NCBI RefSeq assembly: GCF_009914755.1
Contig: NC_060927.1
Source of the DNA: the human T2T-CHM13v2.0 reference genome, Homo sapiens
DNA length: 64,000 nucleotides
Direction: 5' to 3' (one strand)
Shown here: piece after piece, positions 1 through 12,800 of the stretch
Numbering within the stretch: the stretch's first letter is position 1
How the letters are laid out: each line of letters starts with the position of its first letter
The notes under the pieces: generated by a model
Told to the model about the DNA's origin: nothing
Database searches by the model: none
What the model saw: the letters and a program-made list of their open reading frames with translations, nothing else
Position numbers and translations under genes: made by a program

Positions 1-114
1 ATTTTAAACTATAACTTTTTGTCTAAAATAACAAATTAACAAGAATAAATCTAAAACTATCTTTCCAAACAATTTCCCTATTAACTTGTGAAACTCCCTC
101 CCCATCATATGTTT

Positions 115-157
115 CACACAAACACACAGACACACAGACACACGCACACACACACAC
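115..157. repeat. Imperfect (CA)n microsatellite
   Basis: cacacaaacacacagacacacagacacacgcacacacacacac. Confidence 0.85.
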
Positions 158-284
158 TCCTCTATACTAAGCTTGTTTATTTTTCTCAATGTGTGGAGGT
201 ACAGTGCTTTTAAGATTATGCATATGTTCTCAATTATCCAACCTGGATATTTAATAAATGTTGTTACCTGAGATGGTAGATGGA

Positions 285-326
285 GTTTCATCCCAAATGA
301 CTCTCGCGTGTCATTTGGGATGAAAC
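285..326. repeat. Perfect 17-bp inverted repeat with 8-nt spacer
   Basis: GTTTCATCCCAAATGAC (285-301) is the exact reverse complement of GTCATTTGGGATGAAAC (310-326). Confidence 0.95.
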
Positions 327-1000
327 CAATAATAACCTACAAGAACACTAATAGTCATGGCATTGCAGAGATCACAGAACAGAAAGGCTTTCAGACCAAA
401 TTTAGATATTGAATCCCATGATTTATTAAATCAATTTGAAGCACACATCAAATAACAGAATGGAAGAGATAGGGTAAATTAATATATTTAGGATATGATG
501 CAAGTAGGGTAGAAATAATTAGTGAAAACACAAGTTACTTAATAATCTTATAGAATTTGTTTAGGTATATAATCACATGAAAAATGTGTAACACAGTATA
601 TATGCTCTTTTATTACATATTTTTCTATAATAAATCATCTCTACCATTACATGTGAATTTACATAATAATGGTAATGTCTCTAGCATTGCATTGTAATAT
701 TACTTTTGTAATTCCATATTATTAAAAAGTTAGCTATCAATGGCTATTTTTATTGTAAGACATATTGTATAGAAATTGCACAATTGTTAAATTCCCTTGG
801 AGTCAATTTCCTGAAACATAACATTTGAATAAAGGGAAATGTGTCTTCTTGAGAATTTTGAAAAAATATTATATATTGTGTCAATGTACAGTTTCTATTG
901 TCATCACTAGCATGGCTCTTGGGAATTACTTACCACAGAGTGGACATTCAGGGTTACTACTCTTAATAGGTTCTCCTCAAACCTCAACTGGTATAGGATA

Positions 1001-1314
1001 TTTATTTATTTATTTATTTATTTATTTGTATTTCAGAGAATGGATCTTGCTCTGTCACCCAGGTGGAGTGCAGTGGCACAGTCATAACTCACTGGGGCTC
1101 CTAGGCTCAAACCATTTGCCAAACTCAGACTCTAAAGTAGCTGGGATGACAGGTGCACACCACCAAGCCTAGAAAATTTTTTATTTTTTAATTTTTTGTA
1201 GGAAACGTCTCACTGTATTGCCCAGGATGATCTGGAACTCCTAGCTGCAAGGAATCTTTCCTCCTCGGCCTCCTTAACTGCTGAGATTACAGGCATAAGC
1301 CACTGTGCCTGGCT
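1001..1314 (-). mobile_element. Alu, old (AluJ-like), with (TTTA)n tail
   Basis: Antisense Alu dimer tcttgctctgtcacccagg...gattacaggcataagccactgtgcctggct; highly diverged. Confidence 0.9.
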
Positions 1315-1369
1315 GGATTTTACTTTAATTTGCAAGTCTTCATAGACATTATTTTAAATTTGATGTAGA

Positions 1370-1551
1370 CAGTTAACATTTTTAGCAAAGTCTCAGGATA
1401 CAAAGTCAACCTGCAAAAATCACTAGCACTCCAATACACAAACAACAGTCAAGCTGATGGCCAAATCTCGAACAAATTCGCATAGGCAATTGCCACAAAA
1501 AGAATAACATACCTAAGGATACAGCTAACCAGGGAGGTGAAAGGTCTCTAC
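1370..1551 (+). mobile_element. L1 ORF2 internal fragment (primate L1P)
   Basis: tttagcaaagtctcaggatacaaagtcaac...acctaaggatacagctaaccagggaggtgaaaggtctctac corresponds to ORF2p FSKVSGYK...YLGIQLTRxVK. Confidence 0.85.
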
Positions 1552-1555
1552 CATC

Positions 1556-1802
1556 ACTTAAGGTGTGGGTTCCTTATAAAGCGGGCATTTTGGTCCCCAT
1601 TCACTTTTCCTCTCTTTCTGTCTTTTGTTTTCCTGCCCTTCTGTCTTCTGCCAAGGGATAACAGCAAGAAGCCCCTCACCAAATGCTAGCCCCTCAATCT
1701 TTGTCTTGCTAGCCTCCAGAACTGTGAGAAACACATTTCTGTTCATCATAAATTACTCAGTCTCAGGTATCCTGTTAGAGCAGCATAGAATGAACTAAGA
1801 CA
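1556..1802 (+). mobile_element. MaLR LTR 3' half (MST/MLT1A-like)
   Basis: gcctccagaactgtgagaaa...cagtctcaggtat...gaactaagaca terminus. Confidence 0.8.
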
Positions 1803-2149
1803 GCCTGGCATGAGAGGTCAAAGTCCAAGCAGGGTGAGGAGACAGTCCTTGTAGTGACAACAACATGGAGAATGTAACCTCAAACAGTTTTCAAAGAGCA
1901 TCCATACAGAGTGATAATTGGCATAGGATATCTGCGCCCCAACGTAGTGAAAAGTGTATCCACATGGGGAAGGAGGTGATAATGAAAATGGGGCATTTGT
2001 TACATACAAGGGAATTGATCAAATAAGTAAATATAATAAGGATGATGAAAACCAGATTTCTTACTGTCAAAGAAAAAAATTCTAGCTATAGAAAGACAAG
2101 AAATCTAGACAACAACTGTGGTGCTATTTGTATATTTGCATATATTTGT

Positions 2150-2280
2150 TAGATACATATATTTGTTAGATATACATCTCTATATTTCTGGACGGTATAT
2201 ATACACACACACATATATATATGTACATATGCATGCATATGTGTTTATGTACACACATACACACACACACACACACACAC
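2150..2280. repeat. (TA)n/(CA)n compound microsatellite
   Basis: Visible TA- and CA-rich runs. Confidence 0.8.
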
Positions 2281-3109
2281 AATCTCCTAGCTCAGCATGT
2301 TTGGCAATAATCACATTTCTATAATAATGAGTACAGTTATCTCACTGGAAAAGAAACCCAGCCTTCTTATAGAAATGGCTGATTTTTAGCCTGGGTTGGG
2401 GAAAGTATAAGATGAGCTTGGAGCGTCTCATGCTGAAAAGCAAGAAAATGTTTAAATAATGTAGGAGATATATCCAAATGCATCAAAAGTCAGTTTCATT
2501 GGGTCATCACTGACCAAACTAAGGATAATTTGGTTATCAAAATCATGGTAATAATATATTATTTTGCACTGAATATAATAGGAAACCATTAACATATAGA
2601 TTTAAATAAATTAGCAAATAGAGAGTTTGATAAAAAAATGGGATATTTTGTAGAGTAAAAACAGCTCCCCACAAAAAATTATATTATTATAACATATTAC
2701 AAAGTGGGGGTAAAACAGTAGCTTCATAGTGAAGTTTGGCTGATAACACCTTAAGTGATCCAAGTGAACATCAGCAATAATTGGACAAATTGATACTGCA
2801 TGAAACTTGATGGAAGCAGTGAAAAAATATACAATTATGACTGTGATAATTCTGTCTGAAAACCTTATAATGAGGAAATATTAGACAAACTCAAGTAGAG
2901 AGACAGTTTGCAAAATAACTGGCCTATAATCTTCATAAATGCCAATGTCATGAAAATCAAGGACAGATTGAGTAAACGTTCCAGACTGAAGGAGACTAAG
3001 GAAACAAAACATTTAACTGCAGTGGATGATGCTGATGGAAACGTTTGCTATAAATAATGTTCTTTAGATCTTTGACAAAACTTATAGAGGTTCTGAGCAT
3101 TAGAAGACA

Positions 3110-3668
3110 TAATAAAGAGATTCCATGATTGTCCCAATGACTCCCACCCCTGGTTTTCACAATCTAGTGTAATTCCCTTCCTTTTAGTGTGAGCTGGACT
3201 TAGAAACTCATTTCTAATGAAAACTATATAGCAAAGTGATAGGATGCCTCTTACAAAGAGAATGGGGCTCCCACCTTGTGCTACATCTGTTGCTTTTTCA
3301 CTTTTTCACTCCGTTGGAAGTTTACTGCCATACTGTTCACTGGTCTATGGGAAGGCCCAGCTGGCAAGGATGTGAGGGAAACCTCTGACTAATAGCTCTT
3401 GGGGAAGTGTCTCCTTCAGCTCAACAACCTATGAACAACTGAACCCTGCCAATGACCAAGTGAGCGAGCTTGGTACCAGGTCCTCCCTCAGTTGAGTCTT
3501 TAGACGAGACCACAGCCAGAGTAAATACCTTGCTTGCAAACATAGGATACCACTGGAAAACGTAGCAAGCCACACTTAGATTCCTGATCCACAGAAATTG
3601 TGAAATTAAAAAAGTTTATTGTTTTAAGCCATTTTGTTTTGTAAATGCAGTAGTAGATAACTATTACA
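3110..3668 (+). mobile_element. MLT1F-like MaLR solo LTR inserted in L1MC
   Basis: gtgtgagctggacttag, ggcaaggatgtgaggg, gattcctgatccacagaaattgtga...gttttaagcc...agataactattaca. Confidence 0.75.
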
Positions 3669-3786
3669 AATGGTTGTAGTATCAGTGTTTAAATGCAGTA
3701 GTAGATAACTATTACAAATGGTAGTAGTATCAGTGTTTAAGTGCAGTAGTAGATAACTATTACAAATGGTTGGTAGTATCAACGTT
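3643..3786. repeat. 48-bp tandem repeat, 3 copies
   Basis: Unit aaatgcagtagtagataactattacaaatggttgtagtatcagtgttt starts at 3643, 3691, 3739. Confidence 0.95.
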
Positions 3787-6700
3787 AATTTGTTGATTTT
3801 GATGATTGTATTATGGTAATGTAAGAAAATGTCCTCATCTGTAGAAAATTCGCACACACATTTTGGAGGGTAATTTCTTGGCAAACTACCCTCTAGTGAT
3901 TTGAGAAGAAACATTTCTTTGTAATACTTCTAACATTTTATTTTTCAAAAAAGGTTTGAAATGAAAATTAATATAATAAAGCATGGAGATTTTTTACTGT
4001 CTGATCCCTTTCTTCTTGGAAATACTATTATTTCCTGGAGTTTACTTTTGATTGTATATCGAGAAAATAATATTTACTTATCTAGAAATCATATTGTTTT
4101 CCATGGATTTAAGAAAGGGGAGATCAAATATCAAAGTGAATTGTGTGAGTTCAATAGCTAACCCAAATATCTCTTTTCTCTTTATTTCTGAGGGAAGATT
4201 TGATGATGCAGAAATTATTCACTAAAGTATATAACATTTATGTTACTTGCAGAAATGTATCCCTCCATTACTATAGATAGTTAAGAGTTAACTGAGCAGA
4301 AATAAAATTGCATATAACAGGTGAGAAGAGAGAATAATGACCTGCAGGGCAAGCTCATTGTTTTTCTGATTACACAATAGCCATTGCTACCTGAGAGAAG
4401 AAATTTGGAAAAATGATAATTGTCATTAGGCATTAGACTTCACATTAAATATTTAGATATTTTATTTTCCATAATTCTGTTTTAAACCATGCATTTCAGC
4501 TTCTCCATATTTATATTTTTATTTAAGCAACACTTCTTTAAAAAGTGGTCATTAGATAATATAAATATCTATCTTTTACTCCTAAAATAAGAAGAGAAAT
4601 AGAATTATTGATGTGCTGTAAACCCATATTCATGGAACTTTTATTACTGAGTTAATAGTAACTACTTTGGAAGTATTTCTACGAACATTTTTTTCTATTG
4701 AAAAATGTGTGCTCTGTGTAGATGTAATTCTGTATTAAAATTTTATTTTTTTGAATTATTTTAAACAATTTTACTACGTTTGATTACTAATTACCACCTG
4801 CTCAGATAAATGAAATCTATGAATAGTCAATGAGACTCTTTGTGATCAGCACAAATTCTATAGTATCTATAAGTAACATGAACAATCACATAGTATAGGT
4901 CAAGCTTAGGCAATCCATAGTTTTTGTGTTTTCAAGAGAAACATGAGTCAATACTAAGGACAATATGCCTTTACACCATGTTCTTGAATTTTTATTTCTG
5001 TTCCTTTCTTTCTACTTTCTTTTTTGTGCATCTCCTGCTTTCTTCATTTATAGCCTCACTTCTAAATATTTTGTTCTGTTTTTGTTTTCTGAGCCTATTT
5101 CTGCTGCTGCTTCTTATCATTCAACATTACCCTGCAAAGATGAATTCAGGTAAGATATTCATATCTTTTTCAAGACTACCTTTGATAATACTATTGAAAA
5201 AAAGTAGGACCATATGATTTAAAAATAATTAAAGAACTTAAGAAAGTTAGTAGCAACTGTAAAGCCAACTGTGATGTAAGACTTTTATACATGATTTCTA
5301 TGCTGTAATGCTCCTTGCATTTTTCAACCCAAGGATGTGATCAAGACTACTTACTTTGATATCTGGGCTGCATAATTTATGTCTTCAGAGGAAAAGTCAC
5401 ATGGAATAAAGACAATGTACATCAGCCCTCATCTTCAGTGAAATAGGGAACTCCAGCCATCCTGCTGTTCTCCAGGACCATATAACAATATTAGAGTTAT
5501 GAAACTATTTATTAGAATCTCAGTGTTAAGAAATTCTTCTTAAATCCTTGGAGGTCCGTGTGGCTTTTTGTAAACATCTTAATTTTAGGAAATTTGGCAG
5601 AATGTTTAATTACCAGAAGGAGAACATGCTATTAATCAAATTTGGCATTGCTACCATTACAAATAAATGATTGTAGGCTAATTGAGAATTTAATTACTTC
5701 ATTCAGACGTAACATTGTTTGATTTCTCTTTTGAAATCTTCCCCAAATAAAGATGGCACAATAACATCTTGAAGAAAGTACTGATAAACCTCATTTAATT
5801 TGTTTTTTATCCATTTTAAGATTCTACTTCTATTAAAAAGGAACAGCTTGTTGATAAGAAAGCAGTCCAGTATTATGACAGATTCAATCTCCCCAAATGA
5901 CTGACTTTCAGTTTGGCTCCAGTGAAAGATTATTGCCTGAGATGATATTTATTTTGCTAGTTCTCATATAGTTCAAACTCCATAGTTGAGTCAAAATGTT
6001 AAAAGAATAAAATGGTCAGAGAACTCTGAGAAATCTTATTAATTTTGTAATGGTGTTGAGAGCTTAACCAAATCTTTTTCTTCCGTAAAGGAATTGCTTT
6101 GAGCAAATCAGAGGGCTTTTCTTTTTAACTGTTGAAAAGGGGTAGACCTTTCTCTGGTTTGCTATGTATGGAATAATAAATGTGAAACCTAGGAATGTCT
6201 TAGGGAAACTTGTCTATGTTAATTGTGATTTTGGGGATACACACACTCAAATATGCATAGACACGTGTGTGTGTATACACATATAAATATATAAAACTAC
6301 TAATATGAATGAACAGAGAGTAGAAATAAACCAAGTGCGGGAAATTCCCATCTAACTTCTCTTGCCTGTGTAATAATCTTTGTCATGACCTACCATGGTA
6401 ACAATAATAAAATATTTAGATACATTTAGACTCTCAACCCACATTCTGCTGCTTTTTTGTGTTTATGACTGTGATAAGCACAAATATAACTTTAGCTGCT
6501 ATTAAACAGTATAGAAATGCCACAGAGCTGTTGTTTATGAAAAATTCATATGGTATTTTATGATTAAATCCAGGGGTCAATAGTAACAAAATGTCAACTG
6601 GTAAAGGAATGGCAGGTGTGGTGAAGAATAGGTATTATTCTAAATATCTAGAAATAATACATAATCAAAACTTCCCTATTTTATTCATTCCATGTTCGCA

Positions 6701-6984
6701 TTATTTTCATACAGTGCACCCAGGTCCACACTGGTGATCAAAGAGATCTGCTGTTGTCCTTAGGCCATGGGTGCTGAGAGACGATGGGCTAATACCATGA
6801 AAATCCATGGACCTACTCATATCTATGAGTTCTTTTTTGTATCTATAATTCTACTTTGAATTGACCCCTTGTGAAAGTTAGATGATAAATGTAGTTCATA
6901 TTTGCTTCACTCCAGTTTCTCTGTATGTGTTTTTCAAAAATCTAAATCCCTAAATACTTTTCCATGTCTTCTCTGTTCTTCTAT

Positions 6985-7095
6985 TTAGTTCACAAGTAAT
7001 AATTAAATATTGAGTGTTTATGGTGAGCCAGGCACTCAGCTAAGTGCTAGTTACACTTTGGATAAATAATGTTTTTAAAAAGTGAAAATTCCTGC
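6985..7095 (-). mobile_element. L2 3' end fragment
   Basis: aaatattgagtgtttatggtgagccaggcact...aagtgctag resembles antisense L2 terminus. Confidence 0.55.
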
Positions 7096-7295
7096 TTTTT
7101 TTGGGCGGGGATCAGGGCTCCATGCTTAATCCATTTCTACCTATAACATTTCATCCACTTAGGATTAACGGGTTAGTTTTCTGCTAATTTCTAACAAAAT
7201 AATTATTAACATAGCTTCAATATAACGTATTCATCTTTTGACAGAAGTCTTCTTTGCATACAGTACTCTCTAATTTCTAAATAAATGTTGTATGG

Positions 7296-7718
7296 TGATA
7301 TAGTTTGGATGTATGTTCCCTCCAAATTTCATGTTGAAATGTGATCTCCAGTGTTGGAAGCAGGGCTTAATAGGACTTGGCGTTTGAGTCTTGCGGGTGG
7401 ATCACTCATGAATGGTTTAGTGTCCTACCAGCGGCAATGAGTGAGTTTCTCACTTTATTAGTTCCTTTGAAAGCTTGTTGTTTAAAAAAGCCTGACCCCT
7501 CCTCCTCTCTCTCTGCTTCCCCCTCTCTGCCATGTGACGCACCTGCTCCCCTTCACTTTCTGCCATGAGTAAGAACTTCCTAAGGCTTCACCAAAACTGA
7601 ACAGTTGTTAATGCCATTCATGTACAGCCTGCAAAACCATGAACCAAATAAACCTCTTTTCTTTATAAATGTTTCAGTCTCAGGTATTCACTTATAGCAA
7701 AAAACACAGACTAATACA
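7296..7718 (+). mobile_element. MSTB-like MaLR solo LTR
   Basis: TG...CA termini (tgatatagtttggatg...gactaataca), 423 bp, 5-bp TSD tatgg/tatag, aataaa in typical position. Confidence 0.9.
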
Positions 7719-9967
7719 TATAGTATGCATCTATTTATATGTGCATAAATATAGGCATTAAATATAGCAAGTATAATTTTAGAAGTATTAATTTAGTGGG
7801 TCCCAGAATTTAGAAAAAATATGTCTTCAATAAATTTCTTTCAGAAAATTTTTAAACACCGACCTCAAATATAAGGATTTTCTCCAAAATCATATAGCCA
7901 TTTTTTCCTCTAAAAAGTAGGCACAAGGCAAGGTTCCCTGTAGATTTTTTTTTCTGAATTTCTCTAAGTGAAGGAGGCTTTTAGAATTCTATTTGCATTT
8001 ATCTATCATATAGTCTCCTCTGTGCTTCTTTTTGTGCATCTTTCTCACAGTTAAAACTGACAAAAACATACTATAAATTTATTTTTATTTTACTATTTGC
8101 ATTTTTGGTAGAAAATAAGGTGATATACTTTAAATGCAAAATAAATCATGACATGTAATACACATTATTTATTTAAATTACCCATTTAGACATATTGTTT
8201 ATAGCGTACTTTTCTTTTGAACATGCCATTTTAGAATTCTCTTATGTAGCGTTTCTTAATAACTAAGTACCAATATTTCAAAATTTTCGACATTTTGTTC
8301 CTTTTATATAGAGGAGAGATTACTTTTCAGGGAATCATCATCTCTTCCGATTATAGAAAAGCTAATAATCTGTAATAAAGCTCAGAGTTTAAAATGTTAA
8401 TTATAATAAAAGAAGGAAAATAAAATCCTGAAGAATGGCTCTACCATTTTCCAAGTACTTTAGTCATGAGTCTTGCTACTTCACAGATGCACCAAAAAAG
8501 AGATAAATAGACAGTTTCTGTTGCTGGTCCACACCTTATTCCAGTGAGACAGGGGACAGGGTGGGGATACTGCTTATGAATCAATAAAAATGCTACAAGT
8601 TTGACTGAAATTTCAAATGAAAGCTCTTTGTGCCATGGGATTCTCTAACAGCTCATACAATATAGAGACTGAACATTTAGGGATTAATTTATTTAAAAAG
8701 TAATTTATTTACACTTGTCATCATATTTATTTATTTGTTTAAAATCAGAGAAATTCAACACGCACACTTCAGACCAAGAAGAGCAGATCTTGAAAATGCT
8801 CTAAAAATATTCTAAAATTTTGTTAGCAATTTTGAATTGACAACAGATCTACATAAGATGAGTAACTAAACAATGCAGAAAGGCCACTCGTAGTACGAAA
8901 CTCTTCAAGATTACTTTCCTATTTTGTCTAATATCCAATTATGGAAATAATAATAATACTTGTTGAATACACAAGACATGTTAAAACTTCTTGTCACTCA
9001 TCTCTTTGTCTTTTTTCATCAACAGTTGCCAACAGTAGTTACAGTTAGTCATAGAATAAAAAGAAAAAAGGAAGAAAAAGGAAGTGTGACAAAAGAGGAA
9101 CTGACAGCACTGGGAGTCGGGAATAGCTATAGTCTAGGAAAATGATTCCTGGCAATCTGTTTTACAGCTCTTAGGGAAGTGACAGCAGAAAAGAAAAATA
9201 CTTAATGAACAACAGATTATATGCATAAAGATTTTTACTATATATAAGAGAACCATGTTCAACAATCTAGATGCCTTATTTTCTGAAGTCTTTATTTAGG
9301 TCTTCATCCAACATACATTGACTGAGTGTTTACTATGTACCACATCCTGTTCTAGGCACTTTGAATAGGACAGTGAGCAAAGGAAACACAAATACATGTT
9401 TTCACGGACCTTACATTCTAGGTGGGAAAATGGGAATGAACAAATGAGTTAACTAAATATGTAATACATTACATAGTGTTTGGAATTAGCATATATAGTA
9501 ATAGAAACTTATATAGTGTTACTATATATACTAAATATATAGTAATATCTATTGTGATAAATGTTAAAGAGAAGTATTATATAAAGTACGAAAAGGGTAT
9601 GGAGGAATACAATTTTCGTATGGTGGTTATGAAAAGTATCACTGAGAAGGTGCCTTTTGAATTTGGGGACAGTGAGGAACTCTGTAAGATGTGGGAAAAT
9701 AATATTCTACATGGAGGGATAACAATTGAACGGACTCTGAGAAAATGAGGTGTTACTGTCTGTGTCTGACAAAGAATATGGGACAATCTTGTTAGAGGCA
9801 TGTGAAGGAGAAGAAGAGCAGGATAGGACATGAACTCTTGGAGGTGACAAACTAAATTATGAAATGTTTCATAAGCCAATGAAGGATGATTCTAGCTTTT
9901 GTTCTGTATGAAGAGGAAAACATAGAAGGAAAATAATCTGATGTGTATTATAAAAGGACCTCTCTGT

Positions 9968-10082
9968 TGATTGCCATGATGGTTTTATGAGTATATACAT
10001 ACATCGAATATTATTTAAATGAACACCTACAGTATGTATAATTTTTAATGCTAATTATGGCTTAACAAAAGCTGTCAAAAAA
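9968..10082 (+). mobile_element. Old L1M 3' terminal fragment
   Basis: gattgccatgatggttttatgagtatatacat...aaagctgtcaaaaaa resembles L1M 3' end. Confidence 0.6.
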
Positions 10083-10480
10083 TTCCTCTGAGTGCAACGT
10101 TGACAATAGTGTCCCAGGGGCAAGCTGTTGCAGAGGCACCTGTCTGGGATCAATGCAATAATGAAGTTGTGAAATCATAGGACCTTGGACCAAGATGAGA
10201 TCTGTGAAGATGATGAGAAGTGAGCATGTGCTGGATACATTCAGAAACTGATGAGTATATCAAGGTTTTCTGTCTAAGCAACTATGAGGATAGGTTTCTT
10301 ATTACCTAGGACACAATAGATTAAACGAGAAGCAGGCTTGGGTATGGACTAACAGGAGCTCAATTTTAGAAGTGTTATGACTGAGATTCCTAACAAATAT
10401 CCAAGTGAAGCTGCCAAATAGGCAGTTGAAATAAAGTTCAGTTCAGTGGGGCAATACGGGCTGATGATAGGAATTTAGAG

Positions 10481-10575
10481 CTATCTACCTATCTATCTGT
10501 CTATCTATCTATCTATCTATCTATCTATCATCTATCTATCCATCTATCTATCATCTATGTATCTGTCTAGCTATA
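10481..10575. repeat. Complex (TCTA)n tetranucleotide STR
   Basis: ctatctatctgtctatctatct...tca tcta...tcca units. Confidence 0.9.
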
Positions 10576-10854
10576 TATGCATATTTCTCTATATCTATAT
10601 GTCTAGCTAATGCTTAAAAGTATAAAACTGTGTGTTATTACTTAGGAAAAGAGTAGACTATGAAAGAGGGACAAAAATACTAATCTATGGGAGCATTTCC
10701 ATAATTAGAAGTTGGGAGATGATATAGAATCAGTAAAGGAAACTGACAGAAAATGGTCAGAAAATAGAAGGAAACTCGAAGAAGATAGAGTGATTAACCA
10801 TGTAAATTACTATTATTATGCAAAGTAAAGTGGACCTTTAGAAATAACCTTTCA

Positions 10855-11085
<231 letters not shown>

Positions 11086-12445
11086 TTACCTTTCATACCA
11101 TTGAAGTAAGGTCAATGCTAGGCAATTAAGAGGGAAAACCTTATTTGACAAAGTTTAAGAGAGACTAGGAGAGAAATTAGAGGCAGTGAATATAAAAAAC
11201 TGGTTTGCTGGGTTTTTTTCTCTAAAGGGATGAAGAGAATTATGGCAGTAACTGAAGAAGGAAATGGGCTAAACTGTTTAAGGTGGGAACAAACAGCACC
11301 TTTCTATGTTAATAGAAATGAACTGTTAGGCTGAGAAAATTTGATGTCACAATAATTAGGGAAGAATTGCTGGAATTATGCCATTAAGCCATCAAGAGGA
11401 CTTCTGTAAGTGCATGAATATAGAAGTTGATCTTAACTAGGGCATGGATAGCTCATCCAAAGAGAACATAGGATACATGCCTACAAATGCAAATAAGTGG
11501 ATGAATATGGTTGTCCCTTGTAAAAATCCAGGTCTGATTTATTTTTCTTTTTCAATAAAATAGGAAGAAACACTATTGAGTGTAAGGTTGGGGAAAAGGG
11601 TGTTGGAAATATGAGAAGGAAGAAGAAATTATGACATAGGCATTTTAAAGGTAGAAGAGTGAATAAACTAGGGATGTCTAATAATTGCCTGGTAGCATTA
11701 GGACCTACTTGAGGTTCATAAAAACGGATATAAATGAAGAGCAGTCAGCACAGTATCATTATTTTTTACCTTAGCCATGTTCAAAAAAGCAGATGCAGTT
11801 ATGGGGCAGGAAGAGAAAAGATTTAAAAAGGATTTTGGCTTAGTCAAAACGAGAGAGATACAGGGATTGGAGTTCTGAGTCCCATTTTTCTGGCTTCAAA
11901 ACTCTTTGGCTAAATTATTCTACTATATTCTTCCTGAAGCAACCACATAGGTTCTGAGGAGAAAAGGAAAATAAAATATGTCATCTTCTAGATGCTTAGA
12001 GGAGGTAAAAATATGTAGATACCAGAGATTTAAAAAAATTAATTATAACCAGGTTTGTGCTTTCCAGTTAGATTCATGGTACTAGATAGTAAATATTTTC
12101 AAAGTTTCTTTCAGTCCAACTAGACAAAAGTAGATGAACATTGTAAAGGGACCCTCCTCCAACAGATTTTTTACCATATGAGAAAACATATTTTGGCAAT
12201 CTTCCCCTCAGTAAATACAGTAAAGATTGTGTTAATAAGAAAAGAAACCACTTTTGTTAATTTTAAAGTTTTACATATTCTAAGAAAGGCTATTCTTAAT
12301 GTTACTGTTGATGTTCATGTATGTGGCAAACACAATGCCTAATGAAAACTACCATATTTTAGACTCAGTTTTACAGATTCTGTTTTAGAATAATTACAAG
12401 GTTTGACATAGCTGTTACTTGTGTGCCTAAAATTAATACAAAACA

Positions 12446-12563
12446 CTTAAATTTTAATTACAATTAATATAGAAGTAAATATTTTAATTTCAAACATTAG
12501 AAATCTTAAATTTTAATTATAATTAATATAGAAGTAAATATTTTTATTTCAAATATTAGAAGT
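12446..12563. repeat. 59-bp tandem duplication
   Basis: cttaaattttaatta(c/t)aattaatatagaagtaaata...ttagaa starts at 12446 and 12505. Confidence 0.9.
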
Positions 12564-12679
12564 TTGTCTGAAACTTATGACCAAAAATAAAAATTTAGCA
12601 GTTAAATTTGGCCACTTACATCTACTGCACTCTTACTATATTTCACATGCTGTTTTCATATAATTCAGATGCTGTTTTC

Positions 12680-12800
12680 AGTGCTTTACAAGAATTTTCT
12701 CACTTGAAGTACACAACACTCTGAAATAGAAGCTAAAATCATTCTCATTTTACAGAATAAAGCCCAGAGAGGATTTATACAAGGCCATATATCATATCCA
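12680..12800 (-). mobile_element. MIR fragment
   Basis: cattctcattttacagaataaagcccagagagg...caaggccat MIR core. Confidence 0.6.

Larger units (their letters stand above)
1803..3960 (+). mobile_element. L1MC (L1MC3/4-like) 3' region, interrupted by microsatellite and MLT1 LTR
   Basis: gggaattgatcaaataagtaaatat, agacaaactcaag...aaaataactggcct, ccagactgaaggagactaag; resumes at about 3770 with gtatcaacgttaattt...gattttgat. Confidence 0.75.

Noticed and set aside
3643-3786. Regular repeats as a possible CRISPR array
   Set aside because: Head-to-tail units with no unique spacers, in a primate repeat context with no cas genes.
4253-4326. 68-nt exon-like segment ending CAG|GTGAGA
   Set aside because: Weak pyrimidine tract, frame-shifting length, no other support.
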